From NCBI GenBank assembly GCA_963664115.2, contig CAXWPJ010000009.1, forward strand, positions 448,001 through 512,000: DNA of 64,000 bases, read 5' to 3'. The translations under genes were made by a program, and so were the position numbers. The notes below the pieces were generated by a model that had not been told where the DNA came from, did not search any database, and was given only the letters and a program-made list of their open reading frames with translations. Source of the stretch: Terriglobia bacterium (GTDB lineage Bacteria > Acidobacteriota > Terriglobia > 20CM-2-55-15). Below are positions 41,047 to 51,569 of the stretch, piece by piece (positions within the stretch are counted from its first letter, which is position 1; the number at the start of each line of letters is the position of its first letter).

Positions 41047-42515
41047 TTCTCCTCCGAACCGAAAACAAAACGCTCGAGGCGGCGCGCCGCCTCGGCCGTA
41101 GTCGTCACACCCGGACCGACTTCAGTACAGCCTCCACGACTCGGAAAAATCTTCCCGGGATTGAGCAGATTTCGAGGATTGAAAACATTCCGCGTGCGGC
41201 GCATCACATCCAGATCTGCGTCGTTGAAGATCATGCACATGAATTCCTTTTTCTCGGCACCAATGCCATGTTCCCCACTCAATGCTCCGCCCACGCCGAC
41301 GCAGACGTCCATGATCGCTTCCCCCATGGCGTGAATGCGGTCGACCTGGTCTTTGTCCCGGCTGTCGAAAAGAATTAACGGATGCAGATTCCCGTCACCA
41401 GCGTGGAAGACGTTTGCGACCTTCAGATCAAACTGTTCGGAAATCTCTTCTATCCTCGAAAGCACTTCGGGAAGCCGTGTCCGTGGTATGACGGCGTCCA
41501 TAACGATCATGTCCGGACTGATCCGGCCCATGGCGCCGAACGCCCCCTTGCGGCCCAGCCACAATCGATCACGCTGTTTATCATCCTGGGCCACTTGAAT
41601 TTCGTAGGAATTGTTTCGCTCACAGATCCGAACAATATCGGTGGTGGTATCTTCGATTGACACCTCGAAACCATCGACTTCGATCAGTAGACTGGCGGCG
41701 GCATCGAGGGGGTATCCTGCCTTAAAGACGGACGCTTCCACCGCCTCTGTGGCTCTTTGGTCCACAAATTCCAAGGCCGCCGGTACGATTCCAGCGGCCA
41801 CGATATCCGAAACCGTCTGGCTGCACGCCTCAACGCTGCGAAACGCAGCCAATAGGGTCTTCACGGATTGCGGTATCCGGAGCAAACGCACTGTGACCTC
41901 AGTCACGATCGCAAAGGTGCCTTCCGAACCCACAAGCACGCCGACCATATCGTAGCCAATGGGCTCTCCGACCGGATTCCCGAATCGGGCAATGCTTCCA
42001 TCCGCGAGGACGGCCTCGACCGCAAGGACATGGTTTGTCGTCATGCCGTACTTCAGGCAGTGCGGTCCCCCCGCATTCTCAGCAACGTTGCCACCGATAC
42101 TGCAGGCCATCTGGCTTGAGGGGTCGGGGGCGTAATACAAGCCATGCGCCCGAACGGCCCGGCTTACATCGAGGTTGACGACTCCGGGCTGCAGGACGGC
42201 AATCTGGTTTTCGGAATCAATCGAAAGAATGTGGTTCATTCTTTGCAACTCGATGATGATTCCGCCTTCAGCCGCCATCGCGCCGCCGCTCAAGCCCGTT
42301 CCCGCACCCCGGGGCAAGAAGGGCACGTCAAATTCATTGGCCAAGAGAACGATGGCCGACACTTGCTCCGTAGTCGTCGGAAATACGACGGCGTCGGGCC
42401 TGTGTTTGAACAGGGTGAGTGCGTCGCACTCGTATACCAGTAGTTCCGTCTCGTCGGCGGTTGCGCCGGCCTCACCAACGATCGCTTTCAACCGGTCGAT
42501 GATTTCCTGTTTCAT
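41043..42515 (-). CDS. glcD: Glycolate oxidase subunit GlcD (FAD-linked oxidase)
   Basis: RGAGTGLSGG, PDPSSQ..C, HAGDGNLHP, GEHGIG. Confidence 0.9.
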   Translation of the reverse strand: MKQEIIDRLKAIVGEAGATADETELLVYECDALTLFKHRPDAVVFPTTTEQVSAIVLLANEFDVPFLPRGAGTGLSGGAMAAEGGIIIELQRMNHILSIDSENQIAVLQPGVVNLDVSRAVRAHGLYYAPDPSSQMACSIGGNVAENAGGPHCLKYGMTTNHVLAVEAVLADGSIARFGNPVGEPIGYDMVGVLVGSEGTFAIVTEVTVRLLRIPQSVKTLLAAFRSVEACSQTVSDIVAAGIVPAALEFVDQRATEAVEASVFKAGYPLDAAASLLIEVDGFEVSIEDTTTDIVRICERNNSYEIQVAQDDKQRDRLWLGRKGAFGAMGRISPDMIVMDAVIPRTRLPEVLSRIEEISEQFDLKVANVFHAGDGNLHPLILFDSRDKDQVDRIHAMGEAIMDVCVGVGGALSGEHGIGAEKKEFMCMIFNDADLDVMRRTRNVFNPRNLLNPGKIFPSRGGCTEVGPGVTTTAEAARRLERFVFGSEEN

Positions 42516-42548
42516 GCCGACTCGTAGATCGATGACAAACGGCTGAAC

Positions 42549-43118
42549 TTAAAAGGATCCCCTCAATCGGTCGATCTCGGTTTGGACCAGATCCCGTTGC
42601 GGGTAGGAGGGATTCATCCGTATGAGTTGTTCCCACAATTCGAGGGCGCCGTCGCGATCATTGCGTTCTTCGATAAGTACAATGCCCATGTTGAACAGCG
42701 TCTGAGGATGATTCGGTGCGATTGCAAGTGTGGTCTCGAATTCGACGATCGCTTCATCAACCTGGTTGGAATAATAGAGTGCAGTGGCCATGTCCGTTCT
42801 CAGGCTGGGATCATCGGGACGGAGTTCCAACGCGCGGTCGTAGTATGCAATCGCACCCTGATAACTTTCGATTTCGAAATAAAGATTCGCAAGATCCACC
42901 AACAGCTGAAAGTCATCCGGCGTCTCTATCACCTGGGCTTCGAGCTCCTGGATCATCTGCAGTTCACGCGCGATTGCCTCGGCGGACGGAGCAGGCGCTC
43001 CGACGAGGGCATCCCGAATAACGACGGGGCCCAGATCCCGGTCCCGTACCACGAGATAAGTGGCAATGAATCCAACGAGCACGCCCATTACGAGCAGGAG
43101 GTAGGAATCCCTATTCAC
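42549..43118 (-). CDS. Membrane-anchored TPR protein
   Basis: N-terminal TM followed by three TPR-like repeats. Confidence 0.8.
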   Translation of the reverse strand: MNRDSYLLLVMGVLVGFIATYLVVRDRDLGPVVIRDALVGAPAPSAEAIARELQMIQELEAQVIETPDDFQLLVDLANLYFEIESYQGAIAYYDRALELRPDDPSLRTDMATALYYSNQVDEAIVEFETTLAIAPNHPQTLFNMGIVLIEERNDRDGALELWEQLIRMNPSYPQRDLVQTEIDRLRGSF

Positions 43119-43140
43119 AGGGTGATGATATCACTTACTC

Positions 43141-43211
43141 AAAAGTTAGAAGTTAAGAGTTAAGAGTCAAGAGACCGGGCCGTGACCGAGGGCTATCAAC
43201 TATCAACTTTT
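43141..43211. repeat. Degenerate inverted heptamer-repeat element
   Basis: AAAAGTTAG-AAGTTAA-GAGTTAA-GAGTCAA arm and CTATCAA-CTATCAA-CTTTT arm; related array at 38544-38571. Confidence 0.55.
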
Positions 43212-43238
43212 AACGATTCACTCTGGTCATAACCCCTG

Positions 43239-43844
43239 CTAATCGATCAGAAACGGTTGAAAGATTTCCTTGTACTCCGGGTCCGGGAACGCATCCCCAA
43301 ACGCCCTGGAGTCGATCAGGTCGATCACCGTAATTTGGCGCCTGCGGCGGGGAAGCGTCCCGGAAACGGCCTCGATCGCCAACAGCCGATAGGCGAGCAC
43401 CACCGCCCAATCGGCCACCTTCCGCCTGAATAGACCGCCAGCAAACCGGGCCCAGCGATCGAGTTGATCGTCGTCAAGGACGGGCAAAAATCGGACCGCG
43501 ACCTTCCGTCGGCCACTTCTGAAAAGTTTATCCCCACCGCCCATTTCGACCTCTTGCCATCCGGACCTTCCAAGTAACTGGTCGGCGGCACCGAGAACGG
43601 CAATCTGTAAAGGCAATGGTTCGGCAATTCTCTGCTTGCAGTCGTAGGTCCCGCGACTGACGGGGTTTCGGAGGCATGCGTAGGCTTCGTTTACGAGCAC
43701 CATATGCCCGGACAAATCAATGGCAGCGGGGCCGGTATTGCGATCCGGGTGGTACTGGCGGGCCAGTGCACGGTAGGCGCTGTGAATGGTTTCCAGGCTC
43801 GCATCGCGGGGCACGTTGAGGACACGATAGTAATTAATTTGCAT
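43239..43844 (-). CDS. J-domain (DnaJ-like) protein
   Basis: NYYRVL...YRALARQYHPD...NEAY. Confidence 0.85.
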   Translation of the reverse strand: MQINYYRVLNVPRDASLETIHSAYRALARQYHPDRNTGPAAIDLSGHMVLVNEAYACLRNPVSRGTYDCKQRIAEPLPLQIAVLGAADQLLGRSGWQEVEMGGGDKLFRSGRRKVAVRFLPVLDDDQLDRWARFAGGLFRRKVADWAVVLAYRLLAIEAVSGTLPRRRRQITVIDLIDSRAFGDAFPDPEYKEIFQPFLID

Positions 43845-43868
43845 CTTGAGTCTCCAACAAATCTCGGC

Positions 43869-45158
43869 TCATTGGAAGTCTCCGAAGTAGCAGGTGCGGT
43901 AGGCTTCGTCGATCGCGATTTCACCGGCAAGCACCTTTTCCCGCGCCCGATTCAGGACCGGAACGTATCCCGATCGAACAGCGACACGCCGTAGCTCGGA
44001 TTCGCTTCCGGCAACAACGCACTCCCGCGTGTCCCGATTCAGTTCGAGAACTTCGAAGAGCGGAATGCGGCCGTCGGCTCCCGTAAAGCGGCATTCCGCA
44101 CATCCGTGACTCCTCCGAAGTCGGAACGCTTCGGATGGGGCTATTCCAAGCCGCTCAAGGTAGAAAGCCGCCGGCAGATCGGGCCCAAGACAATGCGAAC
44201 AATTTCGCCGCACCAAGCGCTGAGCCACAGCACCGATCATAGCCCCAGCAACCACATGGGAGTCGACACCCAGTTCCTCGAGACGCAGCAGGATCGAAGG
44301 CGCATCGGTCGCATGCAACGTTGAAAGCACGAGGTGCCCGGTCAGTGCGGCCTCAAGGGCGATATCGGCCGTTTCCCTATCCCGAATTTCACCCACCAGA
44401 ATCACGTCCGGGTCCTGGCGCAGAACGGAACGCAGCGCCCGGTGGAAGGTGAACTGTGCCTTGTGGTCGACCTGAATTTGACGGATTCCGTCCACGCGAT
44501 ATTCGATGGGGTCTTCGATGGTGACGACGTTCAGCGGAAGAGCTCTCACTTCGTCGATGAGAGCAAAGAGCGTCGTCGTCTTACCACTGCCGGTAGGACC
44601 TGCAACGATGACGATCCCTTGGGGCCGGCGGCTGATCGCCTTCAGCTGTGTTTCGATCGCTCGGCCCGCACCCAAACCGGCGATAGTCGGAAGGTGATCC
44701 TGGTCCCTGAAGATCCGAACGACGAGCGCCTCTCCTCCGTCGGTCGGCATCGTCGACAACCGTCCATCGATTCCTTCGGATCGATCCACGATGTGGCCGT
44801 CCTGAGGCAAACGCCGTTCAGTAATGTCCAGACGGGCCATTACTTTGATGCGGGCAACGAGCTGGGCGTGAAGCCATCGCGGAAGCTCGAGCGTATGGAA
44901 CAGCAATCCATCAATCCGGTAACGGACCCGTGTCTGGCGACGACCGGGCTCGATATGTATGTCGCTGGCGCCCAAGCGGACAGCTTCGTTAAAAATCAGA
45001 TGCTGGATTTCCAGCAGAGGCGGTTCCACCGAAGAGGCGGCTCGCCCCCGACGATCCGGGACAGGCAATTGTGACGTTGTGGAACGCCGAGATACGGGAA
45101 CAAGCTCGGTCTGTGACATGGGTTGTTGGGAAACTGAAGCTCTGGAGGGCGCCGCCAT
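43869..45158 (-). CDS. Short GspE/PulE-family ATPase without N-terminal MshEN domain
   Basis: ASDIHIEP, LPQDG, GPTGSGKTT, LRQDPD, CxxC pairs. Confidence 0.88.
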   Translation of the reverse strand: MAAPSRASVSQQPMSQTELVPVSRRSTTSQLPVPDRRGRAASSVEPPLLEIQHLIFNEAVRLGASDIHIEPGRRQTRVRYRIDGLLFHTLELPRWLHAQLVARIKVMARLDITERRLPQDGHIVDRSEGIDGRLSTMPTDGGEALVVRIFRDQDHLPTIAGLGAGRAIETQLKAISRRPQGIVIVAGPTGSGKTTTLFALIDEVRALPLNVVTIEDPIEYRVDGIRQIQVDHKAQFTFHRALRSVLRQDPDVILVGEIRDRETADIALEAALTGHLVLSTLHATDAPSILLRLEELGVDSHVVAGAMIGAVAQRLVRRNCSHCLGPDLPAAFYLERLGIAPSEAFRLRRSHGCAECRFTGADGRIPLFEVLELNRDTRECVVAGSESELRRVAVRSGYVPVLNRAREKVLAGEIAIDEAYRTCYFGDFQ

Positions 45159-45199
45159 AATACCACTATTCTGCTCGAAAGTTGGATGGGAGGATTTTC

Positions 45200-45342
45200 A
45201 CCGCAAAGACGCAAAATTTGAAGTTCTGCAGAGTGTCCTTTTCCCAACCACTGTGAGGTTCCAACAGCTTTGTTGCTAACCCAGGGACTTAGATCAGGAC
45301 AGAAATTCATTATCTATCTTCCTTTGCGCCTTTGCGGTTGAA
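45200..45342. repeat. CGCAAAGN-unit inverted-repeat element
   Basis: ACCGCAAAGACGCAAA ... TTTGCGCCTTTGCGGT. Confidence 0.75.
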
Positions 45343-45387
45343 GATTCCCGTCCTGAAAAATGTTGTAAAGTGGTATGGGAGAGACAG

Positions 45388-47306
<1,919 letters not shown>

Positions 47307-47312
47307 ATGTCT

Positions 47313-47403
47313 TTCAACACGAAGGCACGAAGCTAACGGAGATCAACGAAGGGGTTTTTGTCCATACATTCCAGCTTCGTTACCTTCGTGACTTCGTGTT
47401 GAA
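47313..47403. repeat. CACGAAGN-unit inverted-repeat element
   Basis: TTCAACACGAAGGCACGAAG / CTTCGTGACTTCGTGTTGAA (19/20 complementary) between convergent eno and ruvB. Confidence 0.8.
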
Positions 47404-47431
47404 CTCTTTCTCTTATTAATTTCTGACTTTA

Positions 47432-48460
47432 TTAAAACAGGCCAGATTGGTTGGATTGGCTGGAGCGGCTGAAATCGAGGCCGAAGTACTCATACGCCAG
47501 CTTCGTGGCGACGCGACCGCGGGGGGTGCGTTGCAGGAATCCAATCTGTAGCAGAAAGGGTTCGTATATGTCTTCGATCGCATCGACTTCTTCACTCAAA
47601 ACAGCGGCGATCGTATTGACACCCACCGGTCCGCCCTCGAATTTTTCGATTATCGCCCGCAGAAGTCGCCGGTCGGTTTCGTCAAAACCATGCTCATCCA
47701 CGTCGAGTAGCCGTAAGGCATCACGCGCGATATTGTCGGTGATTTCACCGTTACCACGGACTTCAGCGAAATCTCGCGTGCGTTTGAGTAGGCGGTTGGC
47801 GATACGCGGTGTTCCACGGGAACGCTTGGCAATCTCCTGAGCCCCCGAAACGGTGATTGGGGCCTTCAGGATGTCGGCAGACCGCCGGACAATGACCTCC
47901 AGGTCCTCCTGCGTGTAGTAATCCAAGCGGTGGACGATGCCGAACCGTGAACGCAAAGGAGCCGTGATCAATCCTATCCTTGTGGTGGCGCCGATCAAGG
48001 TATAGTGCTCTAAATCGAGACGATGGGTGCGGGCACTCGGGCCCTGCCCGATGATGATGTCGAGCTTGTAGTCTTCCATCGCGGGATAGAGGATCTCTTC
48101 GATGTTCGGCTGCAAGCGGTGAATCTCATCGACAAAAAAGATGTCCGCACTTTCAAGATTTGTCAGGATCGCGGTCAGATCACCTTTGATCTGGACCAAT
48201 GGGCCCGCTGTCGCACGAAAGTGCGCCGACATTTCGTTCGCTATGACTGAAGCGAGGGTCGTCTTGCCCAATCCCGGGGGACCGTACAGCAAGATGTGGT
48301 CGAGAGGCTCGCCCCGTTTCCGGGCAGCTTCGATCGAAACCTCCAGGTTCTCTTTGACCAGAGCCTGACCGATATATTCATTGAGCGTTTTCGGACGCAA
48401 GGAGAGTTCGAAAGGGATTTCTTCCTCTGACGCGGCACCTATAGTGATTCGCTCGGTCAT
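47432..48460 (-). CDS. ruvB: Holliday junction helicase RuvB
   Basis: [31 protein letters not shown]. Confidence 0.98.
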   Translation of the reverse strand: MTERITIGAASEEEIPFELSLRPKTLNEYIGQALVKENLEVSIEAARKRGEPLDHILLYGPPGLGKTTLASVIANEMSAHFRATAGPLVQIKGDLTAILTNLESADIFFVDEIHRLQPNIEEILYPAMEDYKLDIIIGQGPSARTHRLDLEHYTLIGATTRIGLITAPLRSRFGIVHRLDYYTQEDLEVIVRRSADILKAPITVSGAQEIAKRSRGTPRIANRLLKRTRDFAEVRGNGEITDNIARDALRLLDVDEHGFDETDRRLLRAIIEKFEGGPVGVNTIAAVLSEEVDAIEDIYEPFLLQIGFLQRTPRGRVATKLAYEYFGLDFSRSSQSNQSGLF

Positions 48461-49038
48461 TATCCTTTGGTCAGAATCTGCAGGGTCCGCTTGAAGAGTT
48501 CGTCAAAACCTGGGTCTTCATCCCCATCGAGCGATCGCCTGATCGCTCCTTCGATCAGACCGCGATTGTAGCCAAGGTTCTCCATCGCCGAAATAACATC
48601 AACCTCACTGCCGCCCGGCGCCTCATCAACGACAAAGTCGCGCAACTTATCTTTTAATTCAAGAATTATCCGTTCACCGGTCTTCTTGCCGATACCTGGG
48701 ATTGAGGTTAACCGGGCGAGGTCTTCCCTCTTGATGGAAGCGACCAGGTCATCTACGGAACTTCCCGAAAGAATCGTCATCGCCAGCCGGGGGCCGATTC
48801 CCGAGATCTGCACCAGCCGCTCGAAGATTGAGCGTTCGCGTTTGGTCGAGAAGCCGAATAGCTGAATGGCGTCCTCACGTACGTGCGTATGAATATCGAG
48901 TACGACCTCAGCACCGAGGTCAGGTAAGGACGAATAGGTGGGAAGTGAGATGAATGCCTGATAGCCAACCCCATCGATATCCAACACGACCTGTTCAGGG
49001 GTCTTCTCTAACAGCGGGCCCCGGAGCCGGGCAATCAC
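48460..49038 (-). CDS. ruvA: Holliday junction DNA-binding protein RuvA
   Basis: GVGY, VRED...LFGF, HhH motifs GIGPR and GIGKK. Confidence 0.97.
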   Translation of the reverse strand: MIARLRGPLLEKTPEQVVLDIDGVGYQAFISLPTYSSLPDLGAEVVLDIHTHVREDAIQLFGFSTKRERSIFERLVQISGIGPRLAMTILSGSSVDDLVASIKREDLARLTSIPGIGKKTGERIILELKDKLRDFVVDEAPGGSEVDVISAMENLGYNRGLIEGAIRRSLDGDEDPGFDELFKRTLQILTKG

Positions 49039-49322
49039 CGGAGAGCGACCTCGTCGATCAGGGTGACCTCATCGACGACACCCACAACGGCCGCATCGAT
49101 CGCTGCACCTTCACGGTCCACAGTCGTGGCCGCCGACCACCCTTCCTGGACAACGAGAACGCGATCACCCACCCCGGCATCCACACCATCGAGAGCGAGG
49201 ATTCTCGCGCCATATTCGCTACCATCGATGCCGAGCGGTTGCACCAATAGTGCCTTCCGGCCCTCGTGGCTGCTGTCTTTCTGCGAGGCAACGACGGTTC
49301 CCACTACTTTCGCTATAAGCAT
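49035..49322 (-). CDS. BMC pentameric vertex protein (EutN/CcmL)
   Basis: AKVVGTVVASQK, DGVDAGVGDRVL, IDAAVVGVVD. Confidence 0.92.
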   Translation of the reverse strand: MLIAKVVGTVVASQKDSSHEGRKALLVQPLGIDGSEYGARILALDGVDAGVGDRVLVVQEGWSAATTVDREGAAIDAAVVGVVDEVTLIDEVALR

Positions 49323-49456
49323 CTAAATAGCATCGGGCCCACCGGCCACTCGATCGTTAAAAGTTGTAGGTGCCCCAACCTCTCCATTCCCCGAAAGTAC
49401 AGGGAATACTGACGCCGGCCGGCCCCCCCATGCAGGCGACCTGGGGCTCTGGCGCC

Positions 49457-49777
49457 TCACTTGTCCTTCGTCACTGAAGGTGCGGCCGGTTCGTCGACCT
49501 TTTCATTGGTATCGGTGGCATCGGTGCTGGCTACATCAACGCTGTCCACAATGCCGACGATGGTGGCGTCGGAGGGTGTCTTTTCAGGAGAGAATGCGAA
49601 CGAAGCTTCCCGACCCCGACAAATATACACGCGTTCACCGGCCCCAGCCCCGACCGAATCAATCGCAACGACGACCTTGTCGTCAGACAGCCTGCGGACA
49701 AGCAGGAGCTTCCTGCCAACGAGGGATGAGTTCTTGGCCGTTGAAACGACGGTGCCGATAACGTCTCCAAGGTACAT
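49457..49777 (-). CDS. BMC pentameric vertex protein (EutN/CcmL)
   Basis: VIGTVVSTAK, DSVGAGAGE, DATIVGIVD. Confidence 0.92.
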   Translation of the reverse strand: MYLGDVIGTVVSTAKNSSLVGRKLLLVRRLSDDKVVVAIDSVGAGAGERVYICRGREASFAFSPEKTPSDATIVGIVDSVDVASTDATDTNEKVDEPAAPSVTKDK

Positions 49778-49813
49778 GGGGTAAGGTGCCCGACGTTAAT
49801 CCTGAGTATTTCG

Positions 49814-50080
49814 TCAGTCTTGAGATATTTCGTCAATGATGCCCACGATGGCGGCATCGACAGGCGTATCCTGGCACCCGTCCGACATCCGCGCCGAGCT
49901 TCCCTGGACCACGAGTACTCGCTCTCGAATTCCCGCTGATACCGTGTCTACAGCGACGACATAACCACTTCCGTCCTCGCCGTCGGGATTCATCGGTCGA
50001 CAGACGAGCAGTTTCTTGCCTTCGAGGCGGGGATCCTTCCGCGTCGCAACGACCGTGCCGATGACCCTGGCCAGTTGCAT
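49814..50080 (-). CDS. BMC pentameric vertex protein (EutN/CcmL)
   Basis: ARVIGTVVATRK, GSSAR, VDAAIVGIID. Confidence 0.93.
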   Translation of the reverse strand: MQLARVIGTVVATRKDPRLEGKKLLVCRPMNPDGEDGSGYVVAVDTVSAGIRERVLVVQGSSARMSDGCQDTPVDAAIVGIIDEISQD

Positions 50081-50086
50081 GGCGTT

Positions 50087-50392
50087 CTATTGGCTCGCTT
50101 TGCCGATATTGAATACGTCTTCGAGATTCGAATGCGGCCGGGGGATCACATGAACGCTGATCAACTCACCCACACGGCGAGCCGAGGTCGCGCCGGCGTC
50201 GGTGGCTGCCTTTACCGCTGCGACATCACCTCGCACCATGGCTGTTACGTAGCCGGATCCGATCTTTTCCCAGCCCATGAGCGTGACCTTTGCCGCCTTT
50301 ACCATCGCATCGCACGCTTCGATCAACGCCACCAATCCGCGGGTCTCGATCATCCCGAGGGCTTCACCAACTGTTTCTCCCTCTTTTGCCAT
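50087..50392 (-). CDS. BMC hexameric shell protein (EutM/PduA-like)
   Basis: [34 protein letters not shown]. Confidence 0.96.
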   Translation of the reverse strand: MAKEGETVGEALGMIETRGLVALIEACDAMVKAAKVTLMGWEKIGSGYVTAMVRGDVAAVKAATDAGATSARRVGELISVHVIPRPHSNLEDVFNIGKASQ

Positions 50393-50516
50393 TCAATTGC
50401 TCCTTAGGGAAATTCAGGACGGGGTCCTAACTTCCTCACCACCATGTGATTTGGGGCCTTCATTAATTTGGGAAATGAGGACTTTCTCCTGGGACTTCCC
50501 CGTAACACTTGACTTA

Positions 50517-51293
50517 CTACTTCACCAGACTCGAGACGACCTGATGGACCAGATCGACCAATTCGTCTTTGGAAAGAGAGATCGTTTCTGATCTTCCGTC
50601 GGTCACCGGACACATTGGGTCCTTCGGGCGCGCATCATCGGCAGTCTCCAAGCCAAAATACTTTTGCCGCTGTACCCACAATTTCTCAACATCTTCAGAT
50701 GACAGCAGCTGCTCTTCTCCGAGAATCCGCGTATAGATGGAGATCTTCGCGAAGTGCTCGACGGTATCCATCCGGTTGTACGCCTCCATCATATCCGCAC
50801 CGTAGGTGACCACCCCGTGATTGGCCATGAGCAGCGCGTCATAGTTTGCGATCCACGGTTCGAGTCTATCGGTCAACTCGGCAGTGCCGGGTGTCCCGTA
50901 CTCCGCTATGGGTATACATCCCAGAGCAAGAACGACTTCTGAAATCAGAGCCTTGTTCAGCGGAATACCCGCAGCTGCATAAGCCGTCGCACACGGCGGA
51001 TGACAGTGGACCACCGCATTAATATCGGGACGGAGTTTGTAGATGAGGGTGTGCATAGAGATTTCGCTGGATGCTTTGCGCTCTCCACGAACGTGTCGGC
51101 CTTCGAGATCAACGACAACGGGGTCCTCGGGACGCACGAAGCCTTTGTTGATTATCGTCGGTGTGCAAATCACGTTTCCATCCGGCAGCCGGGCACTCAA
51201 ATTCCCGTCTGTCGACGCCAGGTAACTCTTTTGATAGGTCAGTTGGGAGAAATCGGCGATCTGCTGCCTTAATTCAGCTTCTGAAGACATCAT
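50517..51293 (-). CDS. Class II aldolase with C-terminal encapsulation-peptide-like helix
   Basis: GNLSAR, SSE..MH, HCHP, LMANHG; tail SKDELVDLVHQVVSSLVK. Confidence 0.88.
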   Translation of the reverse strand: MMSSEAELRQQIADFSQLTYQKSYLASTDGNLSARLPDGNVICTPTIINKGFVRPEDPVVVDLEGRHVRGERKASSEISMHTLIYKLRPDINAVVHCHPPCATAYAAAGIPLNKALISEVVLALGCIPIAEYGTPGTAELTDRLEPWIANYDALLMANHGVVTYGADMMEAYNRMDTVEHFAKISIYTRILGEEQLLSSEDVEKLWVQRQKYFGLETADDARPKDPMCPVTDGRSETISLSKDELVDLVHQVVSSLVK

Positions 51294-51452
51294 GCTTGGA
51301 GCGCATTCTACTACGCCCAATCAGATTCACAATGCAGATGTTGGAGTGGCTGTCATTAAGCCACTTGAACGCATTTGTTTCGCAAAAACGCAAAATTTTC
51401 ATGAACCGTGCCAAGTAATATATGTTGGCTAAGGGTCTTAAGAAGAAGAATT

Positions 51453-51554
51453 AACACGAAGATCGAATTGCGTAAGAATAAAGACCTTCGTGAACCTCCG
51501 TGTCCTTCGTGCCTTCGTGTTGAAAAACAATTCGCGTCTTTGCGCCTTTGCGGT
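51453..51554. repeat. Composite of CACGAAG-type and CGCAAAG-type repeat arms
   Basis: AACACGAAG ... CTTCGTG-like units x4, then TTCGCGTCTTTGCGCCTTTGCGGT. Confidence 0.75.
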
Positions 51555-51569
51555 CAGGTCTTCCCCGCC

